A stretch of DNA of 64,000 bases from Bacteroidota bacterium (GTDB taxonomy: Bacteria > Bacteroidota > Ignavibacteria > UBA10030): positions 13,150 to 77,149 of the forward strand of contig JBEKOB010000005.1 of NCBI GenBank assembly GCA_049522195.1, written 5' to 3'. Below, one piece after another: positions 9,166 to 18,120 of this stretch. The notes beneath the pieces were generated by a model, which saw nothing but the letters and a program-made list of their open reading frames with translations, was not told the origin of the DNA and did not search any database. The position numbers and the translations under genes are program-made. The first letter of the stretch is position 1. Each line of letters opens with the position of its first letter.

Positions 9166-9474
9166 ATGAACGGAAAGAGCATAAAAGTAAAAATCTTCGG
9201 TTCAGAGTATCCTCTTCGCGGCGAGAATGAGGATTTCACCAAGAAGATCGCAGCCTATGTGGATACGATGATATCCACAATTCATGAGAAGATTCCAGAG
9301 CAGCCGCCGTTGACTGTTGCGGTGCTTTCTGCTCTGAATATTACTGAAGATCTGATGAAAGAACGAGAGCGAAGCCAGCAATCATTGACACACTTGGAGA
9401 CGGAAATCATTAAGCTGTCGAATTACCTCGACAATTGCCTGGAGGTTGATACAACCGTACCCAAGAGTGATTAG
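9166..9474 (+). CDS. zapA: cell division protein ZapA
   Basis: 102 aa. KVKIFGSEYPLRGENEDFTKKIAAYVD...LTVAVLSALNITEDL fits the ZapA family pattern. Confidence 0.8.
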   Translation: MNGKSIKVKIFGSEYPLRGENEDFTKKIAAYVDTMISTIHEKIPEQPPLTVAVLSALNITEDLMKERERSQQSLTHLETEIIKLSNYLDNCLEVDTTVPKSD

Positions 9475-9535
9475 CCTGATTCACTTTCGATTGTTCTTTC
9501 TCATCATCAGGGCGGTCGGTTACTGATACGAGTTT

Positions 9536-9781
9536 CCGCACCGTCAGCCGTGATCAAAACTTATTAAAGAACCTGACAGTTACTTTAATAGGGAGCTTGA
9601 CTCATAAGCGTGGAGCGCAGGCCACCTCTCTGCAGTAGGCGGAGATGCCAAGCGATGACTTCCGACTTCGTCGGGACGAGCGGGTTAGTGGAAGTGTGAA
9701 ATGCTTAGGCAGGCACCCACCGTGTTGAATGAGGTTCTTTCAATACACCTTGATCTTCGGCCGACGAGTGCGGTTTTTTTT
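9536..9781 (+). ncRNA. candidate structured RNA (6S-like RNA or rny leader/attenuator)
   Basis: Long-range helix 9536..9557 with 9750..9773 (20 bp). Second helix 9562..9575 with 9732..9745 (13 bp, including a perfect 9-mer aaagaacct/aggttcttt). Apical hairpin 9658..9663 with 9690..9695. T8 tract at 9774..9781. The 330-nt spacer holds no ORF. Confidence 0.5.
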
Positions 9782-9806
9782 GAGTGAGTGTTGATGGAGG
9801 AGTTTT

Positions 9807-11369
9807 ATGGAAATCTACATCCTTATACCAATGGTCGTTCTGATTTCCGGCCTGACGTTCTATGCAGGCTGGTATCTGAACACCCGTGCGGGTCAGAACA
9901 AGGTCACCAACGCTGAAGAACGCGCGAAACGCATCATTGAAGAAGCCGAAAAAGACGGAAACACGCTCAAGCGGGAGAAGCTGCTCGAGGCAAAGGACGA
10001 GTGGTACAAGCGGAAAAAGGAGTTCGAAAGCGAAGCGCAGTCCAAGAGAAACAAGCTCCAAGCCTTCGAAAAGCAACTGATTTCCCGTGAGGAGAATGTC
10101 GACCGAAAATTGGATCTGCTGAGCAAGAAAGAAGTGACTCTCCAGGGTCTTGAAAAGGAGCTTGGAGATAAACGCAAGCGGTTTGATGAGAAGGAGAAGG
10201 AACTTACAAGGCTCGTGGGAGAGGAAAACGCCAGGCTGGAGCGGATTTCGGGCATTACACGGGAGGAAGCAAAGAAACAGCTTGCTGATAACCTCATTGA
10301 GACCGTCAAATCCGAGTCGGCACAACTTATGAAGGAGCTCCGTGATAAGGCCAAAGAAGAGGCCAAGCGGGAAGCGCAAAAGCTCATTGTGCAAGCTATT
10401 CAGAGAACCGCTGCGGACCATACAGTCGAAACAACAGTGAGCGTTCTCAACCTTGAGAGCGATGAAATGAAGGGACGTATCATCGGTCGAGAGGGGCGGA
10501 ACATACGAGCTTTTGAGGCCGCTACAGGCGTAGATGTTATAGTAGATGACACGCCTGAAGCTGTTATCCTGTCGGGATTTGACCCGTTTCGGCGAGAAGT
10601 TGCACGAGTATCTCTGGAACGGCTTATTGCCGATGGTCGTATCCACCCGGCGAGGATCGAAGAAGTTGTGGAAAAGGTGAAAAAAGAGCTGGAAGAGGAG
10701 ACCATCCGGACTGGGGAAAACGCCCTTTTGGAGGTCGGATTGCATGGGGCTCACGCTGAGATCGTCAAGCACATCGGCCGGATGAAATACAGGTCAAGCT
10801 ACGGCCAGAATCTGCTTCAACACAGCATCGAAGTATCTTTCCTGAGCGGCATTTTGGCCGCCGAGTTGAACCTTGATCCGATCCTTGCCAAGAGGGGAGG
10901 CTTGCTGCACGATATCGGAAAGACTATCGACAGGAGCGTGGAAGGACCTCATGCCCTCCTTGGATACGAACTCTGCAAGAAGTACAATGAACACCCTATC
11001 GTCTCTAATGCGGTTGGCTCTCACCATGAGGATATTCCGATGGAGCACCCAATTGCTGCTCTGGTCCAGGCTGCGGACGCAATCAGCGGGGCACGACCGG
11101 GAGCTCGTCGGGAATCTGTTGAAGGGTACGTAAAGAGGCTCGAGAAACTCGAATCGATGGCGAAATCATTTAATGGCGTCGTGAACTCATATGCTATTCA
11201 AGCCGGGAGAGAAATTCGTGTCATCTGCAATCATGATCTCCTTGATGACGCGGCGGCAGATCAACTATCACATGAGATTGCCAACAAGATTCAACAGGAG
11301 ATGGAATATCCGGGCCAGATCAAGGTGACTGTCATAAGGGAATTCCGCTCCGTAGCGTTTGCGAAGTAG
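9807..11369 (+). CDS. rny: ribonuclease Y
   Basis: 520 aa. N-terminal TM helix, Lys/Glu-rich coiled coil, KH domain (GRIIGREGRNIRAFE) and HD domain (LLHDIGK...GSHHED). Confidence 0.95.
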   Translation: MEIYILIPMVVLISGLTFYAGWYLNTRAGQNKVTNAEERAKRIIEEAEKDGNTLKREKLLEAKDEWYKRKKEFESEAQSKRNKLQAFEKQLISREENVDRKLDLLSKKEVTLQGLEKELGDKRKRFDEKEKELTRLVGEENARLERISGITREEAKKQLADNLIETVKSESAQLMKELRDKAKEEAKREAQKLIVQAIQRTAADHTVETTVSVLNLESDEMKGRIIGREGRNIRAFEAATGVDVIVDDTPEAVILSGFDPFRREVARVSLERLIADGRIHPARIEEVVEKVKKELEEETIRTGENALLEVGLHGAHAEIVKHIGRMKYRSSYGQNLLQHSIEVSFLSGILAAELNLDPILAKRGGLLHDIGKTIDRSVEGPHALLGYELCKKYNEHPIVSNAVGSHHEDIPMEHPIAALVQAADAISGARPGARRESVEGYVKRLEKLESMAKSFNGVVNSYAIQAGREIRVICNHDLLDDAAADQLSHEIANKIQQEMEYPGQIKVTVIREFRSVAFAK

Positions 11370-11416
11370 CAATTGGCTTCAGCAAGCTTCAATGAACCTG
11401 ATCTACTGGGGCTTCT

Positions 11417-12037
11417 TTGGTGGCTTATATCCTTCGAATTGGTGTAACCGGCGGAATCGGAAGCGGGAAATCGCTCGTCTGCTCTATATTTTCCAACCTG
11501 GGCGTGCCTGTTCTCTCTGCCGATGACATTGCAAAGGAACTGATGAGAGATGATGGTTCGCTGAGCCGGGCGCTCATTTCGTTGCTTGGGCCGTCTACTT
11601 ACCTCGCCGACGGTGACCTTGATCGTCAGTACGTTGCCTCGAAAATCTTCTCGAGCTCTGGTTTGGGCCGAAAGGTGAACGCCCTTGTGCATCCTCGGGT
11701 TGAGGCCGAAATCGGGAAGCGGTTCGTGAAGTTGGAGAAGGCTGGAAATCGCCTGGGAATTGTCGAGGCAGCATTGATCTACGAGGCGGGATTTGAAAAG
11801 GAACTAGACTACGTCATAGTCGTCGATTCTCCTGAGGCCGATCGGATCCAGCGCGTCGTGGATCGTGACAAGGTTTCAGCGGACGATGTCCGCAAAAGGA
11901 TTCAGTCTCAACAGTCGCCGGGTTCGAAGCTCGGAAAAGCTGACTACATTATTCGAAATACAGGATCGATCCAGGAACTCGAAGCGTCGGTCCGATTCCT
12001 TTTTTCTATCTTACAAAACATCGTAGGGAAACAATGA
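11417..12037 (+). CDS. coaE: dephospho-CoA kinase
   Basis: IGVTGGIGSGKS P-loop, about 200 aa, TTG start. Confidence 0.85.
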   Translation: MVAYILRIGVTGGIGSGKSLVCSIFSNLGVPVLSADDIAKELMRDDGSLSRALISLLGPSTYLADGDLDRQYVASKIFSSSGLGRKVNALVHPRVEAEIGKRFVKLEKAGNRLGIVEAALIYEAGFEKELDYVIVVDSPEADRIQRVVDRDKVSADDVRKRIQSQQSPGSKLGKADYIIRNTGSIQELEASVRFLFSILQNIVGKQ

Positions 12038-13233
12038 GCGACGAATCAAACCTCTTTCAAAAAGAAGACAAATACTTTTTCCACACTTACAAACGATTGG
12101 CCCTCGATATCGAGCGTGGAGATGGAGTGTATCTCTATGCCAGAGACGGCAAGCGTTACCTGGATTTCTTCGGCGGCCTGGCAGTCAACGCTCTTGGTTA
12201 CAATCATCCACGCGTGAACAAAGCGATCATTGAACAAGTCAACAAGTACATACACCTCTCGAACTACTATGTTCAGGAACCGCAGGTAAAGCTTGCAGAG
12301 AGACTCATTCTTGCGTCCGGGTTCAAGCGTGTTTTCTTCGGCAACAGCGGGACGGAGGCTGTTGAAGGAGCTATCAAGGTCGCACGCAAATGGGGAAAGG
12401 CAAACGGGAAGACACACCTGATCGGCCTGACAAACTCGTTTCACGGCAGGACGATGGGAGCGTTGTCACTTACTGAGCGTCAGAAATACCGAGAAGGTTA
12501 CGAACCATTTCTTCCGAATGTTTGCCATGTCGGTTTCAACGACGTCGCTCAGCTCAGGGAGACAGTCAACGAACAAACCCTAGGCGTGATCCTGGAGTTT
12601 ATCCAGGGAGAAGGCGGGATCTTTGTTGTGAGCCCCGAGTTTGCATCTACGTTGAACGAGCTAAGGCAGAAATACGGATTCCTGATCATCGCCGACGAGA
12701 TTCAAAGCGGAATGGGCCGCACAGGGAAGTTCTTTGCATTCGGGCACTTCGGCGTGAGGCCCGACATCGTCGTCATCGCAAAAGCGATCGGCGGCGGGTT
12801 GCCCCTCGGAGCATTCCTCGGTGACGACCGTGTTGCCGATGTTCTCACGTACGGTGCGCACGGCACAACATTCGGAGGAAACCCTGTCGCTTGCTCCGCA
12901 GGTATTGCCGTCCTCGAAGAGGTTCTCGACAAGGGGCTCATGGAAAAAGCAGGCGAGCTAGGTGAGTACCTCAAGAAAAAGTTCTCGGAGCTGCAAGTGA
13001 AATTCCCGACGCTTGTGAAGGAAGTGCGCGGTCTTGGCTGCATGCTCGGGGTGGAGCTCACACAAGATGGCCAACCCGTGGTTGATGCCTTGCAGGAGCG
13101 GGGCATACTGGTCAACTGCACGCATCAAACGGTGTTGCGATTTCTACCGCCATATATTGTAACGCAGCAGCATTGTGACACGCTCCTTGACGAGTTCAGC
13201 GACGTCCTGAAGGGACTTCAGAAAAAGGCCTGA
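12034..13233 (+). CDS. argD: class III aminotransferase (acetylornithine aminotransferase-like)
   Basis: 399 aa. GNSGTEAVEGAIKVARK and ADEIQSGMGRTGKFFA PLP-enzyme motifs. Confidence 0.8.
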   Translation: MSDESNLFQKEDKYFFHTYKRLALDIERGDGVYLYARDGKRYLDFFGGLAVNALGYNHPRVNKAIIEQVNKYIHLSNYYVQEPQVKLAERLILASGFKRVFFGNSGTEAVEGAIKVARKWGKANGKTHLIGLTNSFHGRTMGALSLTERQKYREGYEPFLPNVCHVGFNDVAQLRETVNEQTLGVILEFIQGEGGIFVVSPEFASTLNELRQKYGFLIIADEIQSGMGRTGKFFAFGHFGVRPDIVVIAKAIGGGLPLGAFLGDDRVADVLTYGAHGTTFGGNPVACSAGIAVLEEVLDKGLMEKAGELGEYLKKKFSELQVKFPTLVKEVRGLGCMLGVELTQDGQPVVDALQERGILVNCTHQTVLRFLPPYIVTQQHCDTLLDEFSDVLKGLQKKA

Positions 13234-13270
13234 GGCGGATGTCAATTCACTTTTCGCACGAGTATTCGTT

Positions 13271-13930
13271 ATGAAGATTACACTGCTGATTCTCGCTTGT
13301 TGCATCGCCCTGGGGCTTGGCGCTACAGCGCAAGCCCAACAGCCCATGGCGGTTGGTGTCGCGGTGGGCGCGAACTACAATATGCACAGCGGGGCCGATC
13401 TTCCGGCGTCGGTGACTGGAGTCGGTGTCATTATCGGTGGGCAAGCTGACATTTCATTCAGCAAGTGGGCAAGTGTTCTCACGACGATCTCGTTCGACAA
13501 CAGGAACGGGAAATACTCCACGTCGGGTACTGAGTCTGGGTATGATTACTATGAAGATGTAGCCGTTACGGTGGCGTACCTCTCAATCGAACCTCTGTTC
13601 AAATATGTCATTCCCGATCGGCCGTGGTACGTTGTGACTGGCCCATGTGTGGGTTTTCCTGTGCAGGGGAAATCTGAGACCATCGTTACGACGCCCGGAT
13701 TCGCCGTTGACGGCTTTGAATCAACTACCATCAATACGACGATCCAGGATCTGAAACCCAGAGTTGAATGGAAGATCGGCGGCGGATATTTTATCCCCAT
13801 TGACAAGAAAACCGTGATCATGATGCGGTTGACGTATGCCCGCGGCTTCACTGAGGTTCAGAAGGGAATGGACTGGCACGTGAACTCGATTTCGTTTCTT
13901 GCGAGTATTGACTTCACACTCGGACGCTAG
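13271..13930 (+). CDS. outer membrane beta-barrel (porin-family) protein
   Basis: Signal peptide MKITLLILACCIALGLGATAQAQ, alternating beta-strand pattern and a C-terminal aromatic-rich strand. Confidence 0.65.
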   Translation: MKITLLILACCIALGLGATAQAQQPMAVGVAVGANYNMHSGADLPASVTGVGVIIGGQADISFSKWASVLTTISFDNRNGKYSTSGTESGYDYYEDVAVTVAYLSIEPLFKYVIPDRPWYVVTGPCVGFPVQGKSETIVTTPGFAVDGFESTTINTTIQDLKPRVEWKIGGGYFIPIDKKTVIMMRLTYARGFTEVQKGMDWHVNSISFLASIDFTLGR

Positions 13931-14000
13931 CAGATCACCGCATCATGGGTGGGGACCGAAACTGAGTTGGTGCCAGGAGAGTTGCTCTTCCTCTTTCGTT

Positions 14001-14038
14001 GACCTGACGCACGCAGCAATGTGTCAGGTCGTTTTTTA
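14001..14038 (+). terminator. intrinsic terminator
   Basis: gacctgac...gtcaggtc 8-bp stem followed by gtttttt. Confidence 0.75.
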
Positions 14039-14090
14039 TCCAGCTGTATCCATCCTTGTTTAGAGCTCATTTTTTCCTTACTTTTGAGCC

Positions 14091-15584
14091 ATGACTGAGC
14101 ACGATCGCCTCGAAGGGAAACCCCGCTGCCATTGCGGCATTTTCGGAATCTTCAACCACCCGGAAGCCGCTGTCATGACCTACTACGGACTGCACGCCCT
14201 TCAGCATCGAGGCCAGGAAGCGACCGGTATCGTTACAAGCGACTTCGACCTGATCAAGCGCAAGCCGAGATTCTATACGCACAAAGGGGTTGGCTTGGTC
14301 GCCGAAGTCTACAAAGATCGAGAAATCCTCAAAGAAGAGCTCAGAGGCCGGGCTGCTATCGGTCACAATCGCTACTCCACGACCGGAGCATCGGAGAACA
14401 AGTTCAACATTCAGCCCCTTGTTGTGAACTATCGCGGGGGTAACCTCGCCCTCGGGCACAATGGCAACCTGACGAATTTCAATTCCCTGCGTGACAAACT
14501 CCAGGCAGAAGGAACAATCTTTCAGTCAACCTCCGACAGCGAGATCATCCTTCATCTCACCGCGCACAGCAGGCAGGAAAACCAGATTCAGCAGATCAAG
14601 GAAGCCCTCGAAACTGTCGAGGGGGCGTACTCGCTTGTGATGCTGACGGACACCAGCCTCATAGCTGCCCGTGATCCGCACGGATTCAGGCCGCTTGCTC
14701 TCGGCAGATTGGGAGACTCGTTCGTCGTTGCTTCGGAAACCTGTGCGTTTGACATCATCGGTGCAGAATACATTGGCGATGTGGAACCGGGGGAAATTCT
14801 GGTCATCGATCAGGAGGGAATCGAGAGCGGTACGCTGAAGTCGTACCACGTCTCGAAGCCTCCACAGCCGCATCACTGTATCTTCGAGTACATCTACTTC
14901 TCGCGACCGGACAGCAAGATCTTTGGAGAAAACGTCGACAAGGTCCGTCGCAAGCTGGGGAAACTGCTTGCTCAGCAGTCTCCGGTAAAGCCGGACAACG
15001 ACGAAGATCGCGTTATTGTCATCAGCGTGCCCGATTCGAGCAATACTGCCACGCTCGGCTTCGTGAGAGAAGCGAACAAGATTGGTGACGACGTGAAGCT
15101 TGAAATCGGACTGATTCGCAGCCACTACGTTGGGCGTACATTTATCATGCCCGACCAGGAAGGGCGGGAGTTCAAGGTCAAGACGAAGTTCAACACCGTG
15201 AAGGGAGTGATCAAGGGGCGCAAAGTTGTCATCGTCGACGACTCGATTGTTCGGGGCACGACCTCGAAGCAGCTCGTACGCATGATACGGGAGGCGGAGC
15301 CGAAGGAAATTCACTTCCGGGTGACCTCTCCGCCGATCAAGTATCCATGTCACTACGGAATGGATTTCCCGAGCAAAGCCGAACTCATAGCGAATCGATG
15401 TGAAAGCGATGTCGAAAAGATCAGGGAGGAGCTTGGCGTCGACTCGCTTGCATACCTGTCGATGGAAAACCTCCTCGATGCTGCCCCGCACGAGAATGGG
15501 GCGCACTACTGCACCGCCTGTTTCAGCGGTGTCTATCCCGTTCCTATGGATCGTGAAACGACAAAGGACGTCAACGACGCCTGA
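14091..15584 (+). CDS. purF: amidophosphoribosyltransferase
   Basis: Ntn Cys in the CGIFGIF motif, PRTase motif VVIVDDSIVRGTT, and C-terminal Cys residues. Confidence 0.95.
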   Translation: MTEHDRLEGKPRCHCGIFGIFNHPEAAVMTYYGLHALQHRGQEATGIVTSDFDLIKRKPRFYTHKGVGLVAEVYKDREILKEELRGRAAIGHNRYSTTGASENKFNIQPLVVNYRGGNLALGHNGNLTNFNSLRDKLQAEGTIFQSTSDSEIILHLTAHSRQENQIQQIKEALETVEGAYSLVMLTDTSLIAARDPHGFRPLALGRLGDSFVVASETCAFDIIGAEYIGDVEPGEILVIDQEGIESGTLKSYHVSKPPQPHHCIFEYIYFSRPDSKIFGENVDKVRRKLGKLLAQQSPVKPDNDEDRVIVISVPDSSNTATLGFVREANKIGDDVKLEIGLIRSHYVGRTFIMPDQEGREFKVKTKFNTVKGVIKGRKVVIVDDSIVRGTTSKQLVRMIREAEPKEIHFRVTSPPIKYPCHYGMDFPSKAELIANRCESDVEKIREELGVDSLAYLSMENLLDAAPHENGAHYCTACFSGVYPVPMDRETTKDVNDA

Positions 15585-16144
15585 TGCTGCAACGAATCTG
15601 GACAATCTCCACCCTTTTGAGCTTTAGCCGGATCTTCCTCCTCGCCCCTCTCGCGTATTTTTTGTTTTCTGCTGTGCCGCACAACCGCGAGTGGGCTGCC
15701 GGGGTATTGGTGCTGGCTGGTATTACAGATTTTCTGGACGGCTATCTTGCCAGGTTGCTCCATCAGGTGACGGACTTCGGCAAGATCATTGACCCGATTG
15801 CCGACAAGATCGCGGCTGGCGGAGGGTCGATCATGCTTGTTTGGGTCGGGGCGATGCCGCTTTGGTTTGTTATTGTCATCGTCGTCCGCGATCTCCTCAT
15901 CCTCTTCGGAGGAATCTACATCAAGTCGAAGAAGAACATCATCACACAGTCGAATTGGCCGGGCAAGTTTGCAGTCACCTCCATAGCTCTGGTCATGCTG
16001 CTCTCGGCTCTTGCCGTCCCATCGCTGGAAGGGTTCAGACAGGTCGCGATCTGGGTCAGCGTCTTCCTGATGGCGTTCTCGTTTGTCCTGTATGTGCAGC
16101 GGTTATTTGTCGGAAGTCTCTTTGCGAAGAAAGGTGTGAGTTGA
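15584..16144 (+). CDS. CDP-alcohol phosphatidyltransferase family protein
   Basis: DFLDGYLARLL...GKIIDPIADK motif and multiple TM helices. Confidence 0.8.
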   Translation: MLQRIWTISTLLSFSRIFLLAPLAYFLFSAVPHNREWAAGVLVLAGITDFLDGYLARLLHQVTDFGKIIDPIADKIAAGGGSIMLVWVGAMPLWFVIVIVVRDLLILFGGIYIKSKKNIITQSNWPGKFAVTSIALVMLLSALAVPSLEGFRQVAIWVSVFLMAFSFVLYVQRLFVGSLFAKKGVS

Positions 16145-17097
16145 TGTCGTTTGGCGATGCATTCAAGAAGCTAAAAGATGGTTTGACGAAGACGAGGGAT
16201 ACCCTCTTCAGCAAGGTGACGACGCTCGTCAGCACGAAAAAGGTCATCGACGACGAGATGCTCGACCGGTTGGAGGAGATCCTTATCTCCGGCGATGTCG
16301 GATACGAGACAACGGTATTGATTCTCGACAATATCAAGAAGCGTGTGAAACAGGAGAAGATCGAGTCATCCGATCACCTGACATCTCTCCTGAAAGATGA
16401 AATTGCCCGGGTCCTGCATGTGAACGGCAGCTCGGAAGCAGCGGATCTTGCTTTGCCTCCAGGTCCGAGGCCCTTTGTTGTCATGGTTGTCGGCGTGAAT
16501 GGAGTCGGAAAGACGACAACGATCGGCAAGTTGGCGAATGCCTACAAGGAAAAAGGATACAAGGTCATCGTTGGTGCAGCAGACACCTTCAGGGCTGCGG
16601 CGAATGAGCAGCTTGAGATCTGGGCTCAGAGGGCTGGTGTGGAAATCGTCCGCCAGGCGCACGGCGCAGATCCCGCTGCCGTTGCCTTCGATTCCCTCAG
16701 CTCCGCAATCTCACGCAACGCGGACGTCGTTATCATCGATACGGCCGGACGTCTTCATACGAAGATCAACTTGATGGAGGAACTGAAGAAGATGCGTCGG
16801 GTGCTGGACAAGCGGCTTGCGGGTGCCCCGCATGAGGTGCTGCTCGTTCTCGATGCGACAACCGGTCAGAATGCTCTCCAGCAGGTAAAACAGTTCACGT
16901 CCGCTGTAGAAGTCACGGGACTTGTTCTTACCAAGCTCGATGGAACCGCAAAGGGAGGGATTGTCCTCGCGATCAGTCAGGAATTGAAGGTCCCTGTGAA
17001 ATTCATCGGCGTCGGTGAGCAGATCGACGACCTGCAGGTCTTTGACCGGCGTGCGTTTGTCGATGCGCTGTTCGAAGGATTTAACCCGGAAGAGTGA
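16144..17097 (+). CDS. ftsY: signal recognition particle receptor FtsY
   Basis: The ORF track's 15841 start overlaps the previous gene. ATG 16144 (TGATG overlap) gives MSFGDAFKKLKDGLTKTR..., GVNGVGKTTTIGKLA and DTAGRLH. Confidence 0.9.
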   Translation: MSFGDAFKKLKDGLTKTRDTLFSKVTTLVSTKKVIDDEMLDRLEEILISGDVGYETTVLILDNIKKRVKQEKIESSDHLTSLLKDEIARVLHVNGSSEAADLALPPGPRPFVVMVVGVNGVGKTTTIGKLANAYKEKGYKVIVGAADTFRAAANEQLEIWAQRAGVEIVRQAHGADPAAVAFDSLSSAISRNADVVIIDTAGRLHTKINLMEELKKMRRVLDKRLAGAPHEVLLVLDATTGQNALQQVKQFTSAVEVTGLVLTKLDGTAKGGIVLAISQELKVPVKFIGVGEQIDDLQVFDRRAFVDALFEGFNPEE

Positions 17098-18113
17098 TGA
17101 AACTCTCATTCAAACGATATGATCTCAAGCTCAAGCACACATTCACGATAGCCCGTGGTGCTCGTGATAGTTCGCCCGTCGTAATCGTCGAGCTCGAGCA
17201 TGATGGAATCGTAGGCTATGGTGAGGCTGCTCCGTCGGCCCGCTACGGAGAGTCAGTAGATTCGGTGGCGGCGTTCCTATCGAAAATTGACTGGACCAGA
17301 TTTGATGATCCCTTTCAGGTGGAATCGATTCTGACGTACGTCGATGGACTGGCTGACGGTCATACGGCTGCGAAAGCGGCGGTTGATCTTGCTCTGCACG
17401 ACTGGATGGGGCGCAAAGTAGGGCTGCCGTTATACAAGTATTGGGGACTCGACAAACAAAAGACTCCAATGACGTCCTTCACCATTGGGATTGACACGCC
17501 GAAAGTCATCGAGCAGAAAGTGCGGGAGGCGGAACAGTATCCGATTCTGAAAATCAAGCTCGGTGGGGACAACGACGAGGAGATCATTCGCACGATCAGG
17601 AAGGTCACAAAGAAAACGCTTCGGGTGGATGCGAATGAAGGATGGAAAGTCAAAGAGAAGGCAGTCGAAAAGATCAAGTGGTTGGAGCAGGAGGGAGTGG
17701 AGTTTGTCGAGCAGCCAATGCCTGCTGCCGACCTGGCTGGCACAGCATGGACGCGGGAGAGGGTGAACCTGCCCCTCGTTGCTGATGAGAACTCTCTTCG
17801 CCTTCATGATGTTCCAAAGCTGCAGGGAGCCTTCGACGGCATCAATATCAAGTTGATGAAATGCACGGGATTACGAGAGGCGATGCGGATGATCCACACC
17901 GCCAGGGCGTGCGACCTGAAAATCATGGTGGGCTGCATGATTGAAAGCTCGGTGGCGATTTCCGCCGCCGCTCAATTGTCTCCCTTGATTGACTATGCCG
18001 ACCTCGACGGGAATGTGTTGATTACCAATGATCCTTTCGACGGCGTGAGAAGTCTTGATGGGACGATAGCACTTTTGGACCGACCCGGCCTCGGAGTTGA
18101 AAAACGAACCTAA
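17094..18113 (+). CDS. dipeptide epimerase (L-Ala-D/L-Glu epimerase type, enolase superfamily)
   Basis: LKLKHTFTIARG..., KIKLG, VDANEGW and EQP motifs. Confidence 0.75.
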   Translation: MMKLSFKRYDLKLKHTFTIARGARDSSPVVIVELEHDGIVGYGEAAPSARYGESVDSVAAFLSKIDWTRFDDPFQVESILTYVDGLADGHTAAKAAVDLALHDWMGRKVGLPLYKYWGLDKQKTPMTSFTIGIDTPKVIEQKVREAEQYPILKIKLGGDNDEEIIRTIRKVTKKTLRVDANEGWKVKEKAVEKIKWLEQEGVEFVEQPMPAADLAGTAWTRERVNLPLVADENSLRLHDVPKLQGAFDGINIKLMKCTGLREAMRMIHTARACDLKIMVGCMIESSVAISAAAQLSPLIDYADLDGNVLITNDPFDGVRSLDGTIALLDRPGLGVEKRT

Positions 18114-18120
18114 TCTGAGC

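Noticed and set aside
9475-9806. The zapA-rny spacer as RNase P RNA, tmRNA or SRP RNA.
   Set aside because: It is too short for RNase P RNA or tmRNA. It lacks the GAGGAAAGUCC-type P4 sequence, a tRNA-like acceptor end with a tag ORF, and the SRP domain IV GGAA/AGCA motif.
15841-16143. A 101-codon N-terminal extension of ftsY in the ORF track (start 15841).
   Set aside because: The extension overlaps the CDP-alcohol phosphatidyltransferase gene in another frame and is Arg/His/Cys-rich nonsense. ATG 16144 gives a normal FtsY N-terminus with a TGATG junction.
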